Source: Tubiluchus corallicola
Taxonomy: Eukaryota; Animalia; Priapulida
Assembly (NCBI GenBank): GCA_030141605.1
Contig: JAQGDQ010002387.1
Coordinates: 211,691 to 275,690 of the forward strand
DNA length: 64,000 bases
Direction of reading: 5' to 3'
Shown here piece after piece: positions 1-14,600 of the stretch; the first letter of the stretch is position 1, and each line of letters starts with the position of its first letter. The notes under the pieces are model-generated. The model searched no databases and was not told the origin of the DNA. It saw nothing but the letters and a program-made list of their open reading frames with translations. The position numbers and the translations under genes were made by a program.

Positions 1-246
1 AGAGGGAAAATAAGAGAGGAAGAGAAGCTTAAACGAACGAAAAAGTATGAATCGGAAGTGGTATCAATTTACTATGCATGAGTTCTGTTTCATATACGCC
101 GTAGCAGCAACGGTATGTCATGCATTTTTAACATCATATAGGTTGCTTTATATTACTATCTCCTATAGTAATTAATAATGTACGAAATAGACGGTCAGTC
201 TTGATTCGATCGTCAGCGTTGCAATTTAGGATAACAGAGAAACGCA

Positions 247-585
247 ACAGCTTACCGGGCTTTCTACAGCTTACCTGACTTTGTACAGCTTACCCGGTTT
301 TCACAGCTTACTCAGCTTTCTACAGATTACCTGACTTTCTGAAGATTACCAGCCTTTCTGCAACTTACCTGGCTTTCTGCAACTTGCCTGGTTTTCTACA
401 GCTTACCCAGCTGTCGGCCACTTAGATGGCTTTCTACAGTTTACCTGCTCTCTACAGCTTACCCGGCTTTCTGCAACTTACATGGCTTTCTACAGTTTAC
501 CTGGCTTTCTACAGATTACCCGGTTTTCTGCAACTTACATGGCTTTCTACAGTTTACCTGCTTTCTACAGATTACCCGATTTTCT
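247..585. repeat. Degenerate 19-bp minisatellite (consensus ~ACAGCTTACCTGGCTTTCT)
   Basis: Head-to-tail units such as acagcttaccgggctttct / acagcttacctgactttgt / gcaacttacctggctttct, with no unique spacers. Explains the repetitive ORF 426-674. Confidence 0.85.
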
Positions 586-2076
586 TTATTGTACATAAAA
601 CGCTTCTGCCTAGTCGTAAATACATGCCACAGTCAATGAAATGTTTAGTGCACTCTATTGGAATAGAAATTTGAGGAAACACTGGTTACGTGGATTTCAA
701 CATTTTGATGACAAGTTATTGCGTTGCCTTCAAGTTCAATTTTTAACTTATTTCACGTTTTTGCGTCTTTCTGCCCATAAGTGTGGGCCACTAGGTTCAA
801 CAAATTATGCGGTTAACAGTTCTAATTTACGTGTGCTTTATTTTTGTATACTACTTATACACAGAAAACGATATATCAGAGTCACAATTAACAAAATAAT
901 AAATTTCACGAGAAATGATGTTGCAACAAGCTAAAAGTTTAAAAAGCCCGCCCAGTCTTACGACACTATGGGAATCCATCTTAGCAGTTATAGCTGAAGT
1001 TACAGTATTGAGATACATAGTGGTACTAATGAGCTATCACCTTGCTCAAAGTCGTTGATTTCTGCATACCATGTAGCGTACCCGTATGCCAATGATTCTA
1101 ACCCTGCAGGCCACGGCCTGTCAACCAGGACTTTTTCAATCTTAGCTTAATTTTATTCTGTGTAGGTTTGCAGTGTATGATGCGTTTTCTGATTTTGATT
1201 TTGAAGCACTGGCTAATGCACGACGTCAATGAGTGTGGTTTCATTGAATTCCCAAAATCCTTTAAGGTGAAATGCACAATAAGTTTAAAAAGAATAAAAA
1301 AGTAAGAAAGAATAATAAAAACTTTTATAAAGTCATATTAAAGGTAAAACAGCTCAACCTTGCAGGTATAAACATGTAAGTGTCCCTAAAGGGTAAATAC
1401 GAACTGAAGCTTTCCTTATAAAGGTCACATTGTCATTCAGTGATTAATCAATTGACTTAGTCTACAAAGCCAGTGGTCATTTTTCAATCGAATTTACGAT
1501 GTGTCACACGACAGTTTATCTACAGTTCGCTTTCACATATTTTACATATTATCCTTTCTCAAACTACATGCTAATGATTTACATTCTATGTTTGAGTAAT
1601 TACGGTATCATGCATATTACATGGCTAGCGTTGTTGTGAGAGTATTTGCAGCGTGATGTGGTTTTTATTGACCGTGCTACTCTCTGTACCTTACGAGAGC
1701 TTGTGCAGCGATATGTCATTGCGCCTGATCTGCATATTTATACAAGCCGAAGCTGAGTGCATGATATGTGTTTAGAATATAATATTGCATGAAATTATGC
1801 TCTCAGAGAGATGGTAAACGTTGAAGTGGACATTTGCTATGATTTATAAGCTATGGGCAGAAAGTTGGACGAACGCCGTTTGCCATGCTATTAATTTCAA
1901 GAAGAAAGTTTTGTTTTCACATTTTAAAGAAATTCCAATTACGTTTAACTGCTGAAAGGCCGCAACGTATACATAATGTGACCAGTTAATTAAAATAAGT
2001 GATGAAAATTCTGCTATCTATTCATTCCAGGCATACAATATGATATTAATATAAACGAGTGTTTAGGCAACAGGAA

Positions 2077-2168
2077 TGGCAGAATGGTTACTATATGTGG
2101 TTGATGACCGAAGTTAAGCAACAATTGCCATAGTCAATAAATGGATGGGTTACCACCGGGAGCAATAC
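2077..2168 (+). mobile_element. 5S rRNA-derived fragment (SINE3-like head or 5S pseudogene) preceded by a tRNA A-box-like motif
   Basis: 2101-2168 tgatgaccGAAGTTAAGCAacaattgccatagtcaataaaTGGATGGGTTACCaccgggagcaatac follows the 5S internal control region (GAAGYTAAGCA ... TGGATGGGwGACC). The 5' third of 5S is absent; TGGCAGAATGG sits at 2077-2087 instead. Confidence 0.6.
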
Positions 2169-5100
2169 TCATTTTAAGTGGTTAAGATTTCACCGCCGTC
2201 TTAGTGTCATCTTGAGGTTAATCCCAATAATTACCTAGATACAGGTCCTGCCACAATGTTAATTAGGCTCTTTCATTGAGTGCTGAATCCCAGTGTGTAA
2301 TGTCCTGAACTTTCTGAAGAATCATCCTACATGTAACATATTTCTTACACAAAAATAACAAGTTTTCCATAGTTTCATTCCTAACGTCGCGTAGCTAATA
2401 AACAAGTTTACAAATAATCAACCATTAACTTTCTCCACCAAATATTAAAAGGTGTATTTCCACACATATCTTAATCTAATTTAAAAAATATATAATAATT
2501 AAATTTTAAAGTTATTAAAGTTAATAAGTAAGTAAAGTTATAATAAGCGTATAGAGTAACATGCACACGCGCCCAAGCACGCACACGCTCATGCACACGC
2601 GGTTAATATGTCTTGGGGTTGTAGGATAACGAATAAATATTGGGCCAGAACCCGTTTTTTAAGTTCAGTTACAAAATGATTTGTCACATGGCTATGGCTA
2701 TGGCCTTGAGCCATGACTATTTGGCTATAGAGTGACTAAGGAGGTGTGTCATGACCCATAGACATCGACCTCGGGACATATAGGCCTCACCTTGTTATTA
2801 GTTAATGAAATTTTACATCTTTGTTGCAGTTCATCTTATTTTCAATAAACATAGCGCTTGTACAAGTCTATAATGTGTTTACTGCATTCTGATAATTACA
2901 CGTAAATTAATATTCCCTTAAACTCTAACTGAATTGTCGTCTGCTGAATTCTACGTACACAATCACATTGTGTGAAGATTGTGGGTTCAACTGTAGCAGC
3001 CTAATTCACTGGCTTCAGAGGAAGAGAAATTATAGTTGCAGCCAGCAAGTGTTATGCTAGTAATAATTAGCACAGCATCTGCCTACTAGTCTATAGTTTC
3101 ATACCTTTGTGCGCATGCGCACACGTACCGGAATTATAAATGCTGCGTGAATTGGAAATGAACGCATTAGACCTGTATAACACCTGTAGAATAAAGGCAC
3201 CAGAACGCCATTAAATGGTGATACTTCATATAACGTAATTGTTTATACTGCGGTGGAAAGTAAATCTGATGTGTAGTATTGGGTATTAGTATCAACACAA
3301 GCGAAATTGGGTTGCCATGTAGAGCGTGACTGCGTTTATCGAATGCAGTAGCCTGGAAGTGGATTTCTTGGCTTCAATTTAAGTGTAGGCATAGGGAGGC
3401 CAGGATAAACAAGATTTATGTGCTGAGGTTGAGAGGTTGACACCGGAACTGTGCAGTGTGAGACTCGCTGAGTCCGTTGCTGTTACCGTTACCTTGGTGA
3501 TTCTGGTATAAGGGCGATTGGATGCTGCAGCCATGGTTACCCCAGCTGATTAGCAGGTATTTGCCCATTGTACGTAATGTTAGGTAGGCATGCTGTACGT
3601 ATTCTCAATTAGCATAGTTATATCAGCCAAAAAATTTTATATAAAAACGCAATTAAAAATGGCTCAGTTGATATTTTGCTAGTGCAATTAAGTAACACAT
3701 TGTGTTGTCTACAAAGCGTTTTTACTGTACATTTACTTTACCTTCTCTTAAAAGGTTTACTTTTAAAGTTAGTTAACATGCAAGTACCGAATTTACTTGC
3801 ATATTAGTATAGTTGAATATACTTGTAGAATCTCAGTATTGTTTCTGAGATCAATGAGAAAGCCAGATCCTCGGAAAGAAAGAAGCCAGCCTGCAACCAA
3901 AAGGAACGCACTGTCATTTCAATTATGAGTTCTTGGTGTATTTTCGGTTGTGTAATTTTAGCTCTGCTAACTGCATGGTTGAAGGTTCTGTTGCTCGCGT
4001 AATGGTTTTCCACAGACCACACAGGAATTTCACGGGAAAAATGTTTGTCCGCGGCAACCAGCTACTATACATAGCCGTGTAGTCGCTTTTAGCTATTTAT
4101 TGTTTTATTCAACATTATAGCTTGCTAGAACTGACTTTTACGTTATTCACAGTATAAATTTTTGTAGCTTTATACTCAAATAAATTCAATTCAATTCAAT
4201 TCTACAAAACCAGTAACGAAATAGTAACAATTTTACACAGTTTTAGGTGAATATTATGCAAATAGAATATCTAAAAACTTTTATTACCTTGGTACTTGCC
4301 AGTAATATCTTTAAGCTGAATAGTAGGTTAGCTGAATAGAATGTAGAACTTTTCTGTATTTATGGTTTGGAGTGCGGAAATTTGAGCATGTAAATGTAAA
4401 TGTGTGGAAAAAATGGAAATGTGGCTTAACAAAAACGTAAAGTTGGATGACCTTTTCAAATTCGATTCGCGTTTTTGCTATGTTCTTGTCTTGGGCTTGT
4501 ACGTGTCGTATAGCAGTATATCTCAGCTTAACTGTGAGAAACCGCACTTTGCCATATTTCTGCTGGTTTTATAGTAACAGAACACCACCATAAATAATTG
4601 AAAAAGCTCACAGTCGGATGTTGATAGCAACTATACTGCGTTCATTCACGTGTGTGTGTTTAATTAGCCGATCAGCATCCCTAGAGAATCATATGAAGCC
4701 ATAATGATACTGCTTGAACTTCATTGTAACACCTAACAGTACTCTGTGTCTCTAGATGTTAGAGGATGCTGAATCTCAAGCGACTTATGGGCAGGTAATT
4801 GGTTCTAATCATCTGGTCGTGTAGATTGTATCCTTGGCTGATTGTGTGTCGCTAAAATTGTCTGAAATAACTGGAAAGATGACAGCCAAGATGGCCGTAA
4901 ATTGAATCAAATTGCAAGATTAGGTGGGTTTCGCTGCGATGTAGAATGTTTGAAAGATGTGCTTGCATGTTAGAAGAGCAAGTTGTAAAAATCATTCACC
5001 AAACTACACTAAGTAGATAAGATGAGAATTTAGACACTAGGGAAGTTGCAAATATGAAAGACGTGGAAGAGATTTAAATAATAACTGGTCACAGTGTTTC

Positions 5101-6049
5101 TGCGTTTCTCAGAATCCTGATATCTCAGCTTTGTATATACTAATTTATGTCATTGCACCTTTGCATGTATGTGTAAGTTACTTAACTTGGTCAAAATGTA
5201 TGCATATGCTGCATAACCCGTGTTCACAATAAGAAACGAATGATTATGATATTAAATATGTAATTAAAATTAATTACGCAATTAAAAATTTGAAAAAGGC
5301 GAAATGTGCTATTGATACGTGATGTGTGATGTGTTTTAATGGTAATGATAAATTTCTCATTTCAGTTAAAAATGGTTTATCAGTACATAAAAGCAACTTA
5401 TTTGTGAACTTTGTAACTAGATTTCGTGTTGAGCGGCTATTCAAAAACTAAATTTAATTTTTTTTATGTATTTCAGTAAACTCTATTATGGAAAGCCTTA
5501 GCGAGATGCTAATATGTAGTTAGATTCAACACACATCAGTAACCGATTTTATACCATACAGTAGCGCCATTAAGGCGTCAGTAAGCCTATTATAATTATT
5601 GAAGTTCATTTTTTATTAAATATTACCTATTTACCCACGCTCGCCTATAATTATATCGTAACTCAATATGTTAATCCATCATTTAGAATTAATCCAACCA
5701 TTTATTTTCAACCTCGTCTCATTTTATCCTTAACTTTCTATCTAGGCTCTACGTTTGTCACACATCCCAGCTTTCACTGTTGCTAAACCTTTCTGCGACT
5801 TAAATGCCATTTATAATAAATGTACTACAATAATGTACACTTGTAATTTTCTTATTAGATATGAATCACATCCGATAAGTTTTGGTATAGGGATTTCTTC
5901 CTGTTGGGAACATCAGTATAATTTATGTTTATGAAAGTATGTAATCTATCTACCATGGATAATCTTAAAACAAAAATACAGTCGAAACGAGTTGCCACCT
6001 TAAACTATAAGACTGGGAGAATGGAACCGAGTAAAACAAGAGGAACTTT

Positions 6050-6292
6050 TTAAACAATCAGAGAAGGTAATTACATTCCTAGTGCGATATTTCGACAATG
6101 ATAGTTTGTCGTGAGTTGTGAAACATTTGTTAGCTTACTGAAATGATTCCGAGTCAACTGATGGGGATAATTGAAAATTATCACTTGTTGCCCGGCAACT
6201 TCAGCTTCAGCAGCGGCGCCGCGCAATTTTCATCGCCTTTAGTCATCAACTCTACACAATTTCACGACAACAGATGAATTGATTATTATAAT
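6050..6292. mobile_element. Possible non-autonomous DNA element with internal inverted repeats (Crypton-like/MITE)
   Basis: ttgtcgtgagttgtg (6106-6120) is a near reverse complement of cacaatttcacgacaa (6255-6270). Ends read taaacaatc ... gattatta. Confidence 0.3.
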
Positions 6293-6771
6293 TCTTTAAA
6301 ATAAAACTTGTTTATAAAGTAATTTCTTAGCTTGAAACGAACGAATGTCAGAAATATTTTTAAGTATCCTTGGAGGCAAATTAGTTTAGATTAAGAATTT
6401 CATTTCACGTGAAGCGAAGTGAATATCTGCGTGATCACGACGTGTTCTTCGTGACGGAAGTTAAGAACAGGTGAAAAAATGCTCACGCAACCTCAAGCCG
6501 AGCAGTGATTGAGAACTACTTGCAGATATGTTCGACAGCAACAACAATAAGTGGTTTTTGGTACAACGTACCTCTTGCGGCAGCACTTCCTGAAGTTTGC
6601 CATTTTGGGGTTGATTTTATGCTTCCTGTGTAATTTGTTTAGTTCTTTTAATAACAGAGCCAGATTCTTAACGCATTCTACTAATTTCCTCATAAAACGT
6701 TAAAAAAGAGAATAACATTGGCGAAAAATGACGAAAAAAAAAATGATCAAGAAAAACAAACACCATCACTG

Positions 6772-6810
6772 CAACAACAACAACTACAACAACAACAACA
6801 ACAACAACAA
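6772..6810. repeat. (CAA)n microsatellite
   Basis: Seen directly. Confidence 0.9.
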
Positions 6811-7318
6811 GTACGTCGATCAAAAAATATCATACTAATTAACATTGCAGGCCTACAGGCTTCTTCTTTAAGCTTAATTTTTTTCCAATAAACATTGATA
6901 CTGCTGCTACTGCAGTGATGTTTTTCCACGATGGGTCGAAAGTTTATACACAATAATTACAAACCCCGCGGTTTATTGACAGTAATCTGTTGTCCAACGA
7001 GTGATTGTTAACCGTCTTTATCGTTCTGCATGGAAGATGCTCTCATGTCCAGCCGTTTCGAGAGGCGGTTGAATAACTTGAATACATGTGACAAAGAAAT
7101 TTCTGCGAATTTATGCTTAATGATGTAAAGTGATTTTATTACTGACACTTCTATATTAACTTGTGGTGTACCTTATAGGCGTTCTGAGCTTGTATGAAAT
7201 TTTAGTTATCTGACCGATCCACTTATGATTGTTTTTGGCTCATAATGGCAACACGAGAAAAGTTTTCACAGTTTATATGACCTGCTATAATTAAGTAAAC
7301 GCACAACAGATGTAACAT

Positions 7319-7321
<3 letters not shown>

Positions 7322-7356
<35 letters not shown>

Positions 7357-7367
7357 GATTATTATTA

Positions 7368-7434
<67 letters not shown>
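7322..7434. repeat. (ATT)n microsatellite
   Basis: Seen directly. Confidence 0.95.
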
Positions 7435-7435
<1 letters not shown>

Positions 7436-7805
7436 AGAGGCACAATTACTATAATTGTTATTTTGTGATAATAATAATAATCACCATACTAATGCTCTCC
7501 CAACTGCATAGTGACGCCTTCAACTAGTATTTGTTTCAGTAACTGGTAACATTTTCATAACTTTAGATATCTTGCTTTTAACTTTGTTTTTTTAAATTTT
7601 ATGCATAAACACAAAATAGACGCCAACCAATAAATTTCTTACACTTGCCGGCCAAAAACAGACACTGTTAATCAATAGCAAGTTAGTTTAAGATTTTGTT
7701 TTCTGGTGCTGTGTTTAAATTTTCACTTCTTAAGTGTAGTTAATTTGTTTAACTTCTTTGTGTAAAAACATATATTTGCAGGCCTAAATCAACATTTGGG
7801 TTAAT

Positions 7806-8000
7806 TGGCGTTTATGTAGCTTCCGGAATGCGCATGCGTTATGGGAGTGCGAAGTAGATGAAATCAGTTTATATTATTTTCAATGCACCCGTTCATATGA
7901 CCTGCGTTATGCGCTATTTTTTTCTGCAGTTATTTCTTATTAATTTTTTTATTCCGCAGGCGGAAACGCATAACGCGTTCCGGATGCTACATGAACACCA
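7806..8000. mobile_element. MITE-like element, copy 1
   Basis: Imperfect ~35-bp terminal inverted repeats (tggcgtttatgtagcttccggaatgcg ... cgcgttccggatgctacatgaacacca). The internal sequence recurs at 35293-35468. Confidence 0.7.
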
Positions 8001-8514
8001 CTAGTCTGCTGTTTAGGAATTCTCACCCGTAACATATTATACGGGTTTACAGATCCCGTCCGGCAAAGAGATTGGGGAATCTACTCGTATGAATATTTCA
8101 TGAGTCTTCAAATATTTCACGAGTGTTCACGGTAACTCCTGGAAAAGCGGGAAACAATATCAATTACTGTAGACTACTTTGATGGCATAAAAACATTTTG
8201 ATATCGCGTTTGCTGCATCAAACAGATATAAAGTAGCACTTTATTGGCCAAAACAACGCGCAAGCAAACACATCGAGAGCCTTGTAGGTGATTTTAACTT
8301 CTGGAAATATCAGTGTAACAAGTGCACAATACGCCAACAACTATTATTCTGATCATTTTTGCTACCGATAACTGCAGCCAAAAAAGAAGGTGCAGACATA
8401 GCACTACTATCATTATTTAATTTCAGCTTAAGTTGTTTAACCAACGATATCATCCCCTCCTCCAGAATCTTTGCACTGATCACGCAGTTAACTATTAGTC
8501 GCTTAATTTAAATA

Positions 8515-8645
8515 CTAGTGGTAGTGGTAGTAGTGTTGGTAGTGGCAGCGGTAGCGGTAGCGATAGTGTGCAGCAGCAGCAGTGGCAGTGGCAGCAGAAG
8601 CGGCAGCAGCAGTAGCAGTAGCAATAGCAGTACCAGTAATAGTAA
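8515..8645. repeat. Degenerate (GTA/GTG/GCA)n trinucleotide repeat
   Basis: Seen directly; generates spurious poly-V/S/C ORFs. Confidence 0.8.
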
Positions 8646-11600
8646 CTCAACCTTTTTGCAGAGACACTTAAATAGAACACTTAAATTTGTTTTGACTTCC
8701 TATCAGTCGAATACAATCGTATTGCAATAAAAATACATCATAACGTTTTAATTATATCCATTTGAAATTTCTTTAATTCAACTAATTGTTTGTTAGTGGC
8801 ACAAACTCTGTTATGATTTGTTATAAATCTGTTAATCATAGAATGAATAAAATTGGATCCAATTCCATAGATGATTGAAACTAATGTGATGTAACTGTAT
8901 TTCCATAGCCAAAGATTTTAGTATTGGCTGCAGGGAGCTGCTTAAAGGTGCACCTTAAATTCCGGTTAAATCCAAAACAAGATTTGTAAAACACTTTTCA
9001 GCGGAACACTAAACTGCATTACAATTCGATTAACAGGATGTGCATTCTGCCATCTTAAAGAACTTAGCTTCCCAAAAGTCACCGCGGGACGTCCCATAAT
9101 GCGCTGTTAAGAAAAACATCTCAGCGAGACTGGGCAAAGAAAGGTTTTTCGTACATCTATGTAGACGGTTTGAGATGCAGATGGATGCCACATGCTACGA
9201 AAAAACACATCTCGTTTTAGCTTATCCTTTCCTTATGTTCCTGTGGTGTGGAAGGGAGGTAAGGATGGTTCGGAAGATGTTCTTCGGTTAAATCCATTTT
9301 TAAAATCTTATGTAATAGTCGTTATTAATCGACCAATGTAACTGCGCAATAGCCTACACGATTTGCCGTCCGATAAGGGGTCGCTATCTTGAAAAGTTAT
9401 TATAATTAAAACGGGCTCTAGGCAGTTTGATGTCCTAGGCGAAAACTATTTGTAGCGTCGCCTCCTCAGCGGTCAACCCCCTTCCTTCATGGTTTTCATC
9501 CCACAGCCAAAATTGAATTTTGTTGCATGTATAAGTAGTACTTGTGTGTTAGGCTAATACATGTATTATAATGTGCTAATTAAGTGTAGTTAATTAACTA
9601 TCTACAGCATGTGTTGATTAAATGTAAAATTGAGTTTATGACCCAATTATACGTCCTGGATGTTCAGGAGCAATGAAAATTTCTTCTATTTTGCTAACAC
9701 TTTTCACGTACATGCTTTTGGCTAGATTTTTCCTGAATCTTTCCATCAATAAATTTTTGAAACACCAACTTCTCTTTTTATATCTATTTCACTAGTTTCA
9801 TCGTCTTTACAACCATAACTCTGGTCTGGTTGAAAATACTGACGTAGACATTCGATATAAGTAATTGTACTTCCAAGAGTGGAACTCATTTATTGTTTTA
9901 AACTAACTGTGTTCCTGTTGTATAGTTTTATCTTATGTGTATAGTTTTGTATTCTGCATTTCCTAATCGTTTTATATAGTACTCTACATATTGATTTAAA
10001 TCTAAAATGAAATAAAATAAAATAACATAAACATCTTTAGTGAATTTGTTTGTTGTTTAGTGTCCGCCTTTCGTTTCCTGTATTACGCTTCTGAAGGTAT
10101 ATTCGATTCTTATATGTTTTTCCGCTACAATTAGGCCAAGATTTTCCTATTGCGAAATCTTCTTGTTAGACAAACACTTTTTTATTAACAGGAGTAGATG
10201 CAATATGAACTGTAGGCAAAAGGAGGGAAATAACGTAATATTGGGAAACCAATTAAAACAAAAGTGGAAAGTGTTTTGCTGCAGGTCAGTGTCGATGAAT
10301 CATACATTTTCAAGAAATTTTTGACACAAATTAACACTTTGTACACAAAGAAATTTAGGCACAGTGACACGAGCTGAAGTTGAGTAGTGGTTATTTTGGA
10401 CATACAACACCTTGCAGATCACTCTGCCTGTGATTTTAGTACGAAGACATTTGACAAATAAGGCGAAAGTACAAAACGAGTTTTTTGGAGCTGCTTAAAT
10501 CACAAGAAGACACCCGTCATAAATAAAAAAATTGTCTTGAAATTTTTTGTCATTGTCTTATTGCATACAAACTTGCGCTAGCAGTAACACTGTATAAAAC
10601 TTTTAAATTAAAACTCCCGCGATGACTGTAGGTGTAGCAATTTTAACCATAAGTCGTTTGAAACAAATTTAGATAACATTGCATAAAGTTTGAAAAAATA
10701 ATAATCAGAATAGTTGTAGCACACTTTGTGCTAACTAAGCAAAAGTAAAAAATCACCTTATTTTGTTAGTAAGATCAATAATGTGTTTTGGTCTCGAAAT
10801 TTCCGAAAATTCAGAACGACTGTTCGTATTTCTACATATAAAATTGCAAAAACAGGTTTTTATCGCCGTATTTCAATTCCAATTCTTATATGTTAAATTT
10901 TAAACTTAAATTTACTGTATTTGTTGCTTGTCTATGATAGCACATTGCTGCTTTTTAAACGTTCTACATAAAAGTTTAAAAATTGATACTCAAATTGAAA
11001 ACTTTATCTTTTCCCAATTACTAGCTAAGCAGCATAAGCTAGAGGAAGTGTGTCTGACTCTAAAAGCTGATTATAATTTTGAAGCGGAAGTTTGTACCGA
11101 TGCTTCTTTCGTAATTACTGTGCAATGACCATGTTTCTTTGACGCGAACGTTGCCATATAAGTAATTTTGACTTTTGGAGCACAGTGTAACTTGGACGTC
11201 ACAAAAGCTCTCTGCAAGAATCATTTACAGTCATCCATCACAGCGCAGTCGTTAGTCTGCTGTGTGCTAGTTTAGAAGCCAGAGTTTTTATGGCTTCCCA
11301 AAGATAAATGAATGTTTTCAGCTGCAAGAGCGCGGCCTGACGCAAAAAAGCTAAAAACATCGTTGACCCGGTTTTAATGCCTTTGCGCATGCGGGGCGAA
11401 CATTTTACTTAACATGCAAAATTTGTAAACATATTTTCACTTGTTTTTTGGGTGATGTGACACCTACCATCGTGTATAAACGACTTTGGACTTGCTGAAT
11501 TGTAAAGAAGATTGAACGTTGTTCGGTAACACGGTTACACAGAAATTTAGGTACCTCTTAACTAGCGGATCTTGGTTTAATTACTGTTATTCGTATATCT

Positions 11601-14600
11601 GCCAAGCACTCAACTTCTGCGCAAATATTTGCTAGGTTTTGCTTAAGTTTTTGTTTAAGTTTTGACGTAAATCACTTACACTTGGCTATACATTTGCTTA
11701 CACTCCTTTCACCAGCTTATTTTTAAATCTGCTTAGGTTACTCATCTACTTTTACTTGCATTAGTTTTGTTAGTATACCTTGATTACATTTGTTTACATT
11801 ATTTACACTTGCCAACAGTTGCACACATTACTTCTGTTAGGTTATTTTGTTTACATTTGTTTATATAGTTACATTTACTTCAATTTGTTGGCATTGCTCC
11901 TATCGTCTTACTTCGTTTACACACGCCTACATCACTTACCTGCTCCACCATACCACTACATTATGTCTGCTAACTTACTTTGTTGAATTTGCTTAGATTA
12001 CTTACCTTAGATTATAATTCCTTTTCATAGTACAAGAAAAACATAGTATAAAACTTATTCATTTAAACTGTTACCTACGTTTTTATGCATCTTTTTGTGC
12101 AAAAATCGTTCTAATTTTAAAATAGATCAACCAAAAATTTCTAGACTTTGCACAACTCACTTATTGGCTTTCTTTGTTTGCAAAATGTTAAAATGGTTTT
12201 TAATTTGTACTATAATTCTGTAAATATTTATTGTGTTTTACATCCAGCTAATATTTACTAAATTTTTATAAACGTGAAACAATAAATTGAGTTTCAAATA
12301 AAAAAATGTAATAGGAAGTTAATTGTTTCCTAAGAATAAAGGCAGCTGCAGTTCTACTAGCATGAGAATACACGTAATAACATGACATGATCAGTCAAAC
12401 GTCTTGAGAATAATAAATTTCTCGTAAAAGCGTTATTGTCCAGAGTAGATTTATTGTATGTGCAGCTGAGCGTAGTTATACTGAGTATGTAGCCTTGGAC
12501 TATAGTGCGAGAGAGAGAAAGAGAGATTGAAATAATATTTCGAACAGTTAAGTTCATATATTTACAAATCCACGCAATTTCACACAAATACATACATGAA
12601 TAAATGTATACTTGAATAATTAAATAACTTGGTGTCAATATTGTAATGCTGGCGATGGTGTCGATTCACTGCAGTACACTTCATTGTAAAACGTGAATTA
12701 GCGAAAAAACAGAGAATTTTTGTAAAATGAACTGGCCAGAACCCAGTGTGCTCCATGTTAATTCTACGGAACAGGTGCTGAGATGTTAATCGCATCTGTC
12801 AGTCAGCCAGTGGAACCGATGAGACCACTCCATATCACCTACTCATAGCTGCTATTCAATGCCGATATGGAATGGCTTCGTAATGTATTAAACCATCACA
12901 ATGTGGTGGTAGGGGTGAAAAGAAATGTCATTTCGCCGCCGTAACTATTAGCTAAAAGTTTAAACACAATTGCTTTTTCGTTCTCAGCATTACAGACAGA
13001 CAGTTCTAAACAGATTGTGTTGCACTTTGTTGCCTATATAATAAAGTTCCCCACTTCTTTCTAATTATGCATGGTGAAACAGACATCACTTTTAAACATA
13101 CAAATTACATTTGAACTGCTGTTCGTACGGATTAGTAAGCTATTTACATATCTTCTGTGTATTACCACGAATTATTTTAAATTTAGTTGTATAGACATAG
13201 ATCTGCGAAATAGTCGATATAAAATTTTTCAAATCTTCTTTATTTGAATTTTTTCACAAATCTTTGCGTTTGTTTGTTAAAACATCTGTCAGATCATACA
13301 AATCACCAGATATGTTAATGGAATTAAACATAATTGTTATAATTATCACAAAAACGAGACAAAATAGAGATAATTTAAACTAATTTTTAACCTTAAGTAG
13401 CAATAGTTATCCAGAAGCTATGAAAGCAAGACACTGACAATAACTGTAGAGGCAAGCGAATTAAACTCTCTACCGGTACACGCCGAAAAGCCAAGATATG
13501 TATGGTTGTGGAAATGCGACTAACCCTTCTAGTCCTATCACCAGAGGCTCTGAAAGGGCAAATAAAATAACTTGAGTAATGGCTTAAACCGCTTGTTGAC
13601 TTATCGTCAAAAATCTAAATACACTGCACCCTGTAATGGTGCGAGTAATTAATTAGTCAAGCTATAAATAGTACAGCTGCGTCACCGTGCCAATAAGAGA
13701 CTTGAAATGACAGTATTTCTCAAGAATGATTAACATCTCAATGTGAACGCGTTACGAGCAGCTATCTTAAAAGGCGCTGTTATTGCTGAATAAGTCATTT
13801 TGACTTCGATGGTCGAAATGGAATGTCGGGTACCATATCTGACTTCATCATTTACAAATAAGGGAATGATGTGGTATTTTTGATTGATTAAATAAGAAGG
13901 AACGTTGGCTAAACAATGTTGGACGCCCCCTGGGTTTGTAAAACGTCATCTGAAGCTTTTAGTCCATTTCTAACTTTTACCCTGGCGACTGGCGTGCTGT
14001 CCATGCTTTTAGTGGGCTTCTAAGTTTTGTCCCAGTGAGATTTCAACGCTGAAATGTTCGTCTCAGCCTCTTACATCAGTTTATGATTAACGTCATTATC
14101 AAGGAAACGATGCCATGGCATATCGTTGTAGTTCTAAAACTGTGCAAGAAGATGTAATATTCCACAGGCTCTGAAATGCTCTAAAAGTTTTGTTATTGTA
14201 TGGCGAAAGAGGCGAATTCATACATTTAAGCCGCTAGACATAATTTACAGGATTTTTTAGACACGGTACAAGAGCAAAAACTACAGCGTCTATGACTTGA
14301 ATCAAATGAAGACTACACCCATTCAAATGAGTGTAACAAACCACAAGTTAAACTTTCTATCTTCTGTGTGTAAAGCCCCTACTGTGCTCTAGAGTCTAGA
14401 TAATCTGGATCCAGGCGGAAACGCATTTTAATTGATGTTATTAGTTTACTATCTGCTTATATCAAGTATGGCATGGCAACACACTGAACATCTGATAATT
14501 TACACTGACAAGCTGCTCAGTAGGGAAGCCTATACTCCTGTTTAGAATATACATGTCTTCCATGTTGTTTAACAAGCTGCAATCCACTTTTCTAGTTTAT

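Noticed and set aside
247-585. CRISPR-like array or protein 426-674
   Set aside because: Units are contiguous with no unique spacers and the context is eukaryotic; the ORF is a by-product of the repeat.
4756-4794. 39-nt candidate exon MLEDAESQATYGQ with AG/GT borders
   Set aside because: No homology recognised and no phase-compatible acceptor found in the Kv1 ORF; such borders arise by chance.
10360-11125. Transib/Chapaev-like element with CACAGT termini
   Set aside because: Only ~7 bp of inverted match and no matching target-site duplication.
11640-12010. ORF 11780-11986 in a TTTAC-rich tract
   Set aside because: Low-complexity degenerate repeat with no coding signal.
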